Of a stretch of 64,000 nucleotides of DNA, positions 38,401-49,797 are shown piece by piece (positions within the stretch are counted from its first letter, which is position 1; every line of letters starts with the position of its first letter). Made by a program: the position numbers and the translations under genes. The stretch covers positions 17,766,500 to 17,830,499 of the forward strand of contig NC_088313.1 in assembly GCF_910592395.1 (NCBI RefSeq), read 5' to 3'. The stretch is from Lineus longissimus. Taxonomy: Eukaryota. Under the pieces are notes generated by a model. It was not told the DNA's origin, made no database searches, and saw only the letters and a list, made by a program, of their open reading frames with translations.

Positions 38401-40040
38401 ATCAAACCTTCGGTGAAAACTGAAAATCAGCTATGTTGTAACATCTGCTTTCACAGTCATAAGGGCTTCTTATTTGGTAAGGGGTCTTCAAAAGTCAAAT
38501 TGGCAACAGGTCACCGATTTGTGGGGATATGAAATTGATGCTATCAGAAGCCCCTGGCCCTCCATTAGGGGCATGGACTCTTCGAAGAGTTACCTTCACA
38601 GCTTCTGGCTCATCTTGTACACCGTCTTCAACATTCTGATCCATTCTTTGAGATTTCAGCACTTTCTTGGCCTGAAGAGAAAGAAGAAGTAATAGGATTT
38701 AGACAGAACTTTGTAGACTTTAGATCTATCATTCAGTCAGATTCCACATCGAAATTTCACACCGATGCACGCTTTGAAATTGATCAGATCTCCGCATCTG
38801 CGATATTGAACATGCTGGGAAACATCTTTAGACTATCATGATATAAGGAAGTTACTACATAGCGATTAAAAAGGAACCCACAATCTTCCAGCGATAGGAA
38901 GTGCTCTGTCCAACAACACAACTTACCTCCTCTAACTTTGCATACTCCTCTATCGTCTCTTGATGTTCTCTCGGATCATAACCATTCCAACGATCCCTTT
39001 TCCCATCAAAATCAAAGTCGAGCTGTGGCTGGATGTATTCATCTGGGGCAATCTTGTCTCCTGTGAATCTGGCACCAATTTTCCTCGGTCTCTGCAAGTC
39101 GGAAGTGAAAGAAGAGTGAAATCTAGAGTCATAACTTTTTAGAATAAGTTGACTGATGACTTCAGGCACACTGATAACAAAGTTTCTCTGCTGCTCCACA
39201 TGTTGAGAGATCAAATTATGCCAAATAGCAAATCTAATAGTATAAAACACCAACTGGGTAAAGATGGTTGACATGCAGCTATACCAACCTCCAAACAGTC
39301 ACTCTTCTTGTGTGTCATAGCACCACAGTTTTCACAGGCACCTTTTCTGAATTTGGTGGCTATGCTGCCCTCTTTGATTCCTCTCTTGTACCACGCACCC
39401 ATCTCGGCAAACTTTTTGACCTTCTCATCTTGGACCCTTTGATGGTTGAGGGTGGGTGCCATGGCTCCAAAGTACCATGGAGCCTGCATGATGTACTGGG
39501 GGATGTGAGGGTTGATATCTCTGGAAGACAAAACCAACAAGGTGAAAATAATCATTCAATGCTGTAAAGAGGTTTAATAATGCAACTTGTATTCATTTTT
39601 GAGAGTAGGATTCATTAAACCCTTAACCAAGGGCAACTATTGCACAAAAAGTAAGACTTGTTTATCTATTTGTTCTCCTCAGACATCAGAAATTATTTCA
39701 AATTCCTTACTTTACATTTCAAAGTTTTGACATGTGATTTGTCTATTTTTAACTTTGTCCATATTCACTGACCACAAGTAGTAGCTCAATGCAAAATGAC
39801 CAACCTCAAAGGTGACCACAGATTCATACTCAGTTTCCAGTTAAGATCTACTTACTTTCCCTCTTCATCTTTCATAGCAGGTGCTGTACCAGCTTTCCTG
39901 GCCTCTTCCAGCTCTTTCAGTTTCTTCCAATCCTCCCTCTTTTTCCCAGGGGGTCCCTCGTCTATCCCACCTCCACCGTCCTCCTCCTCCTTCAGCTTCT
40001 TTGCCACCACAGAGGGTGGCATGTTTAAAACAAACGACAT
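35436..40040 (-). CDS. SLU7: Pre-mRNA-splicing factor SLU7. Complete CDS in 12 coding exons, about 594 aa.
   Basis: Minus-strand exons 40040..39856, 39520..39289, 39091..38927, 38671..38594, 38246..38014, 37810..37743, 37415..37219, 37086..36982, 36669..36562, 36431..36354, 36054..35899 and 35615..35436. All are GT-AG with consistent phases and total 1785 nt. Diagnostic segments: [47 protein letters not shown]...[79 protein letters not shown], the CCHC zinc knuckle, [58 protein letters not shown]...[44 protein letters not shown], the Lys-rich tract, and the C-terminus [55 protein letters not shown]. An acceptor upstream of the ATG implies a 5'UTR exon beyond 40050. Confidence 0.85.
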
Positions 40041-41261
40041 TCTTAAAGTTCTGAAAGAAAGGGAATGACATTGACAATTAATATTAAAACTTCACAATTG
40101 ATGCAGTCCTCATGGTCCTCACATGAACAACCTGATTAGTAAACATCACCCCCGCCCTCATATCCAAAATTATTACTCGTCATTCAACACTCGGGATGCT
40201 CAGGGTCTGTTGCGCAGTTGCTGCCCCCTGCAGCCTGTGGCAGTGCATCAATCGGCGCCATGAACCCAGTGAACTCAGTGTCAGTGACTGTCACTGACAC
40301 TCTGACATGACGTGTGCGAGATCTGTATTATCCTGTGGCTGAATGATTCAAGATGACAGCAATGATGTGGCAATTTAATGAGCCAGCCACTGATCTTGCT
40401 GAATCCTTCTTCAAAATTGAACATGCACTTTCCCATACAAATGTACAATATGTACAGTGTACATTGTATGTGTATATAGGCCTATGTACAGTGTGAAATG
40501 GTAACTTTTTAATATTTTTAGATCAAGTAATTTACATCTATGGCTCAAATGAATTATACAATATCTATAAGTGTCATCATCAACAGTTCATAAAGTACGT
40601 GTTAAGCTCACAGTATATGTTCTAGGGTTAGTATTTATACTAAAAACATACTTTATTGGTGAGTGTGAAATTTATTACGATGTACACAAAACGTATCCGC
40701 TAGGTGGCGTAGATGTGCTTCCGGTCAAAGAGCATGTTTTTTGCTCCACGAAATCATCTCATTTCTCCTTTTCAGTCCAAAAAATCCCGCATGTACATTC
40801 AAAAAATGATGTTAGAAGTTAACACATCTCTTTCTGTCAGTTTCTGAGTGATTTTTGTTTTAAATAAGTTAAATATTGATATTTCAAATATATTGTGTCT
40901 GTACAGAATTAGGAAGTACAGGGTAAACCAAAAAAGTTTCTCAACTCAATCGGGATAAAATCAAATGCGTGCACTGTACTGAGAAGTGCTGTGACGATTT
41001 CTTTTTAATTTAGTACTACAGATACACATCGGATTAAACCGAGAGTCTGTTACATCTGTTATGCATATGATAATTTCCAGTCGAATGTGTTGCCAAGATC
41101 CTCAGGCTCATACATCATTGACATTGATCTTGTACGAGTAAATAACTGAATTGCCCTTTGGGTTACTCTCTTTTCTTCAGCTACTGGACAACAAGTATCA
41201 ATACAAGATGATGAGACTGTGGAAATAAGATTGAAACAGCAAGGAGATTAACCCAGTCAAC
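40041..41261. promoter_or_regulatory. Divergent (bidirectional) promoter region shared by SLU7 (minus) and NOA1 (plus).
   Basis: The two start codons face outward and lie 1.2 kb apart. A GC/CpG-enriched block at 40140-40330 (cccccgccctc, gcgcag, cggcgcc, tgacgtg, CRE-like) sits between them. This is positional inference only. Confidence 0.35.
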
Positions 41262-44200
41262 ATGCTTGGGAGTAAAACACTTTGGGGTGGATTGAAACAG
41301 GTGTTGCATTCCTGCAGACTCCCTGCAACCAGTAATGGTTCATCCATTGGCCAATTAAGATGGGCTACACATACCAGTAAACTGAAAACTAGACGGCAGA
41401 AACCATATGGAATTCGGAGTAAAAGGAATAGTTTACCATTGATTGCTCAGGTAAATGGAATTGGTCCTAGTCTTCCAGAGTTCGAAGATGTTGAACAAAG
41501 GTTGAAAGAGATTGATGAGAGACTTGACAGATTGAAAGACAGTGAATCCCATGGTGATGAAAACTATCATGTTTTTGTTTCTGACATCAAAAACCAGATT
41601 CATGCAACCTATTCAAAACTGAAAGAAACTGTTGGTGACGAGCATTTTGAGGAATTAAATGAGGCGTTGGCTGAGAAGACGAAATTGAAAAAAAGGTTCA
41701 AAAGTCGCAGAGCGGAACCTAGACCCACCAATGATATGGATTATGGTACTCCAGACCCAACAGTGTCCATGAGTGAAGTCCCATGCCATGGTTGTGGAGC
41801 ACTCCTTCACTGCCAAGACCAAAACATTCAGGGTTACATCCCCAGTCAAAAGTTCATACCGCTTGAAAGAGAAGGACTTGAAAAGACATTGTGTCAGAGG
41901 TGTCACTTATTGAAAAATCATAACATTTGTCTAAACATTCGAATGGATCCTAAAGAATTTGAGCGAATTATACAGGAAATCCGCCCCAAAGTAGCCTTAG
42001 TGATTGTGATTGTTGACTTAGTGGACATGCCCAATAGTATCATAAGAAATTTATTGGAGATGGTTGGGCACAAGCATCATTTTTACATTGTGGGAAATAA
42101 AGTGGATTTACTTCCAAGGGATGGACAAGGGTTCTTAGATCGTGTTCGTAGAAGTTTGGAGAGGTCATGTGCTGATTATGGGCTGAATGGAAAGTGTGTC
42201 AGACATACTTGCCTTGTGAGTGCCAAAACTGGATATGGTATTGAGGAACTTGTGACAAAGCTGTTCAGCCAGTGGGATAGAAAAGGTGAGAAAATGTGGC
42301 AGGCGATTTCTGTTTTTGGTGTAAAAATGAATATTAGCCTCTTGTCAGGCTTGGCTCCGTGGTGTTTAAAAACTTCCAATAATAAAATAATGAGTAAGAA
42401 CATAAAATAATGATCTACATATGTGCTATGTCGCTGATTTCAATTAATTGTCACTGATGCGAAACAAAGACAATTTAACTGGTTGGGCTATCTTGAGGAT
42501 GGAGAAATCCCGACTTCACCTCTCTAAGGAGAAAGGTTCCACGGCAGACAGACCAGAGGTGCAGACTTGTTGATGCCTAATGCTCTCTGTAAAGCTTTGA
42601 GTTTCATGCTGACGATGATTTCAACTGCTGTATTGTTATATTGCAGGTGATGTATATCTTATTGGCAGTACTAATGTTGGCAAGTCATCTCTTTTCAATG
42701 CCATGTTATCGTCGGATTATTGCCGTTCTAGAGCCAGGGAATTAATCAGTCGTGCTACAACATCGACATGGCCAGGTAAGTTGTCTAGTCATTCCCTAGT
42801 CAATCATCAGTGCTGCTCGACTGGTTAATATAGGCCAAGTGGTCTGATTGTTATGAATTTGCAGCAATTGTAATGCAGAAGTTACTTCTATTAGGTCACT
42901 CTTTGGTTTATCGGTACGCACTTGTATCCTTTTCCAGGGACAACTCTGAGTCTTCTGAAGTTCCCCATCTCAAGGCCATCAAGAAAGGGGCTTTTCAACC
43001 GCACCCAACGGCTCATCAACAGCAGGAATGAGGCAGCACAGGAGGCTAAGATGGCACGGAAGGAACGCGAGGTTGATAAACTGCCTCGAACAGACAGGTG
43101 GAAATCATTGATAGGTATGATCATCCGAGTCTTATCTAGTGTCTCGGCAGTCTTTTTACCTCACTACTCTAGGTTGGAGAGTCTGTTGTTTTTGTTCTGA
43201 TGTGATCAAAATCTTATTAAGTCTTCAAGCAACAGCTTACAACAATAACTCTGGAACAGATGTAGTGGAATGATGGTCCCTTTCTGCTAATTTGTATATC
43301 CTTGGGGGGCCTATAGGGATGTGCTTCACCTAGGGATGTGCTTCTTTCACATGAAAGCTTACTTTCAACTTACAGGTTTCATTGGCACAACAGTTGACTA
43401 CGCACCAGATGTCAAACCAGATGCGTCATTGGACAAGGGCCTCCACCCCAGTCTTGTGTCATTCTCCATGAAGGATGAAGAGTTAACGCCGAGCGAGTAT
43501 GATCAAGATAAACTCCAGCAACAACTCCTAAGGAAACGTACAGAGGAATTGTATGAAACTTCCAAATGGTGCTTTGATACCCCTGGTGTTATACAGCCTA
43601 ATCAGGTAAGACTCCCCCGCCCCCCTAGTATTTGATTGCAGGTGAACATTCCGGACAGGAGGCACCAGAGAGGTGATTGTGTACATTTTATGTGGATATA
43701 TCCTGGACTGTAATGGTATAATTCAAAGGTACTGCTATCGTAAAATATAGGGTAGCTCAAATTACAGGGACTCTTGGTTTTATATCTCAATCAAACTACA
43801 TGACATTCAAGTAATGTGGCTTCAAGCGATATCAAACTCCCATTATTCAGATTAATAGGAGTCCAACCCCTTTACCACTAGACCACACCTCCCTCAATGA
43901 CTTCTTTTTGTTCGACTTCTTTTTACTGTAGGTGATTAACTACCTAACTCAGCGAGAGCTTTCCAACCTCATCCTGTCGAAGTCGCTCCTCATACCAAGG
44001 ACGTTCATCCTTCACCCAGGGAAGACGCTATTTGTGGGTGGGTTGGGAAGGATAGACTATTTGGAGGTCAGTATATCAACGTTGTCATCACGCACAGGTT
44101 GCTTTATTCTCCATAGTGCATGTGCAATTACTGTATGCATGTACATGTTGGTAGTGAGTATTTTGTTGAAGTATTGAAGTTCGGCGTAACATAGTCATTG

Positions 44201-45223
44201 ATTCTTGCCAGGTGCCAAGCATTAGACACTAACTTGAGGGTAAAGGGTGTCTCAAAAGCCACGACTGGTGGGCATTTAACACTCTTTTCTAAGCCGGCAA
44301 TTAGAAACTAAATTTCAGCTCAAATCTCTTCCAGGGTATCACCTATATCCTGCTGACTGTCCACTCAGCCCTCCCAGCCCTTTTTGTGTCAACAGACAAA
44401 GCTAATACATTCTATGAAGAGAATGTTGATACCGGGCAATTCAAGGTAAGCCCCTTTCTTATTTCTCTCTTTCAGTCAAATATCTTGAATAAAGCTGTGC
44501 ATTCACTGATTGTATGTCACCAGTTGACAGTGAAGAACCTGGACCCATTCGTTAGGTAGACCGCCAGTTTTTACCCACTGAGCTTTGAGAATCTTCACCT
44601 CCATTCACCTAAACGTTGCACTATAATACTTCTTTCAAGGTTCCTGTGAGAAAGTCAGACCGGTTACCACCGCTCACAGGACAAGACTTCGACGTGACTG
44701 GTATCAACTGGAAGGAGAGCGCAGCAGATGTGGTGTTATCTTCAGCAGGTATGTGTCTTGTCAGTCTCTGTAAAATGGGTGCACAAATAGTAAAGGAATA
44801 GTATAGACAGAACAGAGGTGAGGAAATCTGAGCACTTACAAGGAATACCATATGGTAGTTTATGATAAGTAATGATCGGAAAAAGTGTGGAACATTTTTA
44901 GAGTTGCAATTTGATACAACTCTTCAGAATCATCTCTCTACTTGTTCTTGTAGAAGTCGCATACTAATTCAAGACTAGGGCAAATCAACGTTGAGATAAG
45001 TGTTATACTGCCTAGGCAGAACTGCAAGATTTAGCTGATGTTTTTTTTTCTTTTTTCAGGTTGGGTGTCTGTCACAACTGGATTTCAGCGCGTCGCTCAT
45101 TTGAGGTGTTTTACACCCGGTGAAAAGGGTCTTTGTATTCGGAAACCTGCATTGTTACCGTTTGCTGTCAACCAGAGGGGAAAAAGAGCCAAGGGTCTAC
45201 CAATGTATGAGATCAGAGAGTGA
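41262..45223 (+). CDS. NOA1: Nitric oxide-associated protein 1 / YqeH-like circularly permuted GTPase (mitochondrial). Complete CDS in 8 exons, about 692 aa.
   Basis: Exons 41262..42285, 42647..42775, 42938..43114, 43376..43605, 43932..44066, 44335..44445, 44640..44748 and 45060..45223 (stop at 45221-45223 per the ORF track). They total 2079 nt and are all GT-AG. The circularly permuted GTPase order is present: zinc ribbon [10 protein letters not shown]...CQRCH, then G4 [10 protein letters not shown], then G1 [13 protein letters not shown] in the next exon, followed by [20 protein letters not shown]. An AATAAA at about 45809 is a candidate polyA signal. Confidence 0.8.
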
Positions 45224-46927
45224 AACATTTGATATATCAGGCCTAAAGACTGTAAACTGCCTGCAAATGCATCCATTGGACCGGTTAAAACAAGTTTTGT
45301 TGTTTGTGTATTTTGTGTGAAGATCCCCACCATAAATCAATCTACGAGTACTTACATTTTGTTTTATCTTTTTGGTCCTATCAAATGAAGGGAGCCACTG
45401 TCAATGTAACCTTGTCACTGTGGTAAGATTCAGAGTCTTTCTCCGGTGTAAATACATCTGGGACAAGGATGGAATTCCTGCCAGAAAAGCAGGTCACGGT
45501 GAGAAGAATGAGACAGTTTTTCGCCAGTGTGAAGACGCCCAAGACCATGCAGATTTTGTAACTGTCAATTTGGCTTTATGGGACTTAGATCCAAGTCAAG
45601 TGGCCTATCTCCTGTGTGAATATAGAAATCACGGTAACATTTATTCTACCCATCAGGTAGAAAATGTGATATTCTTGTCCACAATCTTGTTGTCCTTGGC
45701 TTATCGAGCTCACCAGAGGTGTGATAATAAGAGAAGTGCAAGTTTCATTTGAAAAAAGAAAATTTATATATTTTTATTAGGGATAACAAGCATACTCTTA
45801 CATCTTTAAATAAACATCTTCACACATAATGTACTTTCAACTATCTTATTGTGATCATAAAAGTGAGCCACACACAAGGACACACACCAATATTGAATTC
45901 ATAGCAAATTGAACAACTGTGGAAGGGCCTACTCAGGTTACAACATGGACTACATGTAAGCTAACACAATAGCACATTGTTCCGACTCATCAATTTGGTC
46001 ACAATCAAGAAAGGAATCCATCTGCATATTAAAACTAATGAGACAAACAGTCAAATCAGGTGTGAATTTTTGGATATAGCTATCCGTCCGTGCCAACATT
46101 TTAAATAATGACACTTGTAAAATTTAGCTCTGACTATGCACAATATTACATTCTTCGTAAAACTTTTAAACCAATTGAGTACAGTTAGCTTCTAGAAGAT
46201 GGAAACATTAATGAATTATCAGTGCCAGTGGCCTAAAATGTACAACTACAAGATGAGAAGTTTTAAGTCCAACCAACATTCTTTGTTTTTAGGAGGAAAA
46301 TTCCAAAGGAAAAAAATTGGGTGATCCTTACTATGTTCACCAAATTCATTTTCATGCTTTCATTGAAAAAAGAAACACACATTTCATTTGCCTGTGAGCG
46401 GCAAACACATGCCAGTTGGGCTGATGAAAAAATTCACCTCGGATAGGGTTCACCGTATGTCATGTATATACATTGCAAAATTCACAATCACGTATAATGA
46501 AAGGACGCCACAGGCAGGAGCCAGGTTGGCCAGATGAATATTCACACAGTTGCTGTTAGGGGTCTCTATTCTCTCGCAGGACATGTACAATGCAGATCAA
46601 CACTATTTACTTCTGTGAGAGCAATCTTGGTACAGAGTTGAACTAGACCAAGTGCTCTCATTGTGCATGTGCATGAATGTACATGTACATGTACTACTTG
46701 GACCCCTAACTCCAGCCTGCAGTAACTCTTGAAGAATTAGTCGACTTTTACGACCCCTAAACACATTGCAAATCAAGATTTTATAAATTAAGAGAGCATC
46801 TATCCAGTTTTCAGACAAGAAGTAAGAAGTACTTTTACTGTAAGTAAACTGGGCCCTTAGTACTGGTGTATCTTCAATCTGACCACGCTGGTTGGCTGCT
46901 TGAAACCAGATTTTTTTTCACTCCAAC

Positions 46928-49333
46928 CTAGTCCCGGTGTGGGTGAGCAAGTTGTTCATCAGATTGTGTCCTATGGGCTGCCCTGATATTATTCGGTTGA
47001 ATATCGTTATTGTTTTGTAAATCTCCATTTCTTGGATCCTCGGCCGCAGCATCTGCTCCATTCTCCTGTCCCCATTCATGTTGTGCCTCGGACGGTTTTT
47101 CACTGTCTAAATCTTCTGGGCTATAAATAACTTCATGGCACAGCGGACAACGATCCTGAACATATAACCACTTCCGCAAGCAAACACCATGAAAGAAATG
47201 ATGACAACGAGTAATGCGTGCGGTTTTCAACTCTTGATAGCAAATAGCACACACATCATTATGCAAGTCAATTTCTGCTGAAGTTGCTGAGGGCAGTGAG
47301 TTTATCTTATTCACAGCAGTCCGTCTTCGCATGAATGTTTTCCAACCTTCTTTTGCCTGAACCCAAATGTTGAAATAAGCATGTATACACATCATGCATG
47401 CTCTTATTGTCCCACCGGACTCAAACACCATAATCCAGGCTCCGTTACAAAATAAGAAAATCCCAAAGAAGAATTCAATGGTGCTTCCTGTTGAACGTAC
47501 ATAATATACATAGTCGTCTAATTCTTCCCAAAACGTGTCCCTGCATGCATCAACCATGAAGAGTGTGTACTGAAGTAATGATATTACAACTTTTAGTATG
47601 ACTTCAATACTAAAGGCTGTCACTGCCAACAGCCATGTACTAACAGTATGTTGGGTCCATAAATAGTACAGAAAACAACTTGGAAATATAATGAGGAAGG
47701 CACACATTGTCAGAACTCGGCTGTGTTTTGAAACAGACGTGTTCCGAGAAGCACTCAGTGACATCAATAAGGGGTAAACCATACTATGAACAAAATGTAA
47801 AATTGCAGTAGATAATAAACAGAAGTTTCTATACAGTCGTTGAACCCGTTTATCAGCGTCTAAACCAGTCAATCCAGTCTGTAATGCCAATATAAAGAAC
47901 AAAATTGCTGAAACTGAACCCATGTTTTGACCCTCTTCGTTTTCCGATCCAACGAATCCAGCAAAGAGAAGTCCAATATTTTGCGTGATGTATGAAACTA
48001 CACTTGTCATTCCTGATAGTGATATCACAGTGTCACAGCCATAGACCAATAGAAGCCTGCTAATAGCCCACAGGTTATCCACAGATAGTGTGTAGTAACC
48101 CAACTTGTTGTAGTTTTCAAACACTTGGTACCCACTTAGAAGAATAACTTGATAGACAAATCTAGTGATCCAGAACACACGAAGAACGTCAGGTACGTTA
48201 AGTCGTATCCATTGATTTTCAATGTAGCCTTGAATACCATAATGTCGAATCGCATACCGACCTAGCATGTAACCCATTAGCAATGAGTGGTAAATGTGCT
48301 TTAATTTTGTAACCAGTAGTAGTAGGAGTTCTACAATAGGAAATACCATTGCTATCATGGGCATGTTACATACGACACGATCAGGGAGGCCGACAAACTT
48401 ACACAGGGAGGGTAGGAGGTATGAAGAATAGGTGAAACATCGCATAAATGTTGAGAGATAATTTGTGTAGACTTCACGCCTCATCCACGGCGGTTCCACA
48501 CGCAGATTGTTGAAATTATAAGACAATCCCAACTGCAGCGTTAGATTGATTAGAAAAGTTCTAATATGCTGTGTCACTGCTTCTCCTGGGTCCTCTGATA
48601 ATGTCAATGGTTTCGAAAGTTTCATTGCCATGTTCCTGTTCCAGACATATGAGATGGCTACCATTCCCAGAGAGATAAGGTAAGTGTAGGTGTAGATCAA
48701 TTGCTCTGTTGGCAGGAAGAAGATCAGCAGCGCACAGATGAAACCTGAAAGAAGAGAGAGTAAATTGTTCTATAATTCCTAAATCAATGATCAGGCAAAA
48801 CATAGAAAAAGACTAAGTTCTAAGTTAACTTAGGACTATCTCAGCCCAACTGATCAGCCAAGGCCAGGGTATATAGATCCAGAAGGATTGTTTGCTTGGC
48901 TTTTATAATCAATGCCTGGGACAAATCAGAAGAGGGGGATTGTTCTCCACTTTCAGTTTCACTTCACTTCAGAGACGGTCAAAACTACGCCATGAACTTG
49001 ATGATTTTTACAGAAGATTGAAACAACAACAAAACAACCGCCGCAGTAGTACTAGTAATACTAGTAGTAGTAGTAGGCACCCAAAACATACCATTACCAA
49101 CGACGAGGGACACACAGTTTTTACTTACATATCAATGACACCAAGATCCAGATCAGGGCTTTCAGATTGATAACTGATTCTTCCGACGACAGAAACTCTG
49201 GGAAGAAAAACAGAAGGAAACTTCTGTTCAGCACGGAATCCAGGACGAAAAGTGGAGGGACTCTCATCACCACATCAAAAACAGCCATATATCTCGATCG
49301 AATCGGCATTTTATTGGCTCGGGGTGACTTCAA
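46928..49333 (-). CDS. RNF145/RNF139-family polytopic RING-H2 E3 ubiquitin ligase (RNF145-like), paralog A. Two coding exons.
   Basis: Minus-strand exon 1 49333 (or the second Met at 49309)..49129, with donor T|gtaagt. Exon 2 48744..46928, with acceptor ctttcag, phase 1, 1817 nt. Multi-pass hydrophobic body, then the C-terminal RING-H2 CAICYQELKTARITRCHHFFHGVCLRKWLYVQDRCPLCHEV (compare human RNF145 ...TPCNHYFHALCLRKWLYIQDTCPMCH) and an acidic tail. Exon 1 (MPIRSRYMAVFDVVMRVPPLFVLD...) is homologous to exon 1 of paralog B, with the same intron position and phase. Confidence 0.8.
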
Positions 49334-49797
49334 AGGAAACCTGGGATGTTTATGATTTACAATATATAGGTTTTACTAGTGTAATTTCATATCTTGGCAG
49401 CAAAATCAGGAAGTTTTTATCATTTTTATGTTGACAGTTCCAGCCCATTGAATGACCAATTCCTGTTTAAACTGCGCATGCGTCAAGCTAGACTTCATTT
49501 TGCGTATTGATATAAAATTTTACATTTTTACAAAAAATGCTAAAATAGCCTCTAATATACATCATTTAAAATATAAATACCTACTAACTAACGTCATGAT
49601 ACTTTTTGGATGTTTTAAAGATGTTAGCTGTGTGTAATTACTGAATACATATTGAACTAATTTGTTCGTGGAATGCTTTCCGTAGTCAAAATCTTTGGGT
49701 GTTGTTAGGCCCCCAAAAATAAATCCTGAAAAATCTTAGAAAACCTTTCATATTTCGCCTATTTATGCAGAGTTCAAGTTAAACAAACGGCCTAAAG
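49334..49797. promoter_or_regulatory. Shared bidirectional promoter / intergenic region between the two head-to-head RNF145-like paralogs.
   Basis: It is only about 465-490 bp between the divergent start codons. It contains ctgcgcatgcgtc (49470-49482), close to the palindromic NRF1-type GCGCATGCGC element. The rest is AT-rich with no obvious TATA box. Confidence 0.4.

Noticed and set aside
41655-42403. Antisense ORFs (83 aa, 75 aa) inside NOA1 exon 1
   Set aside because: They lie opposite a well-supported conserved coding exon and have no homology, so they are typical shadow ORFs.
45372-45752. 126-aa ORF just downstream of the NOA1 stop
   Set aside because: No recognisable domain and no splice context. 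It lies in the expected NOA1 3'UTR, ahead of the AATAAA near 45809, and is probably a chance ORF.
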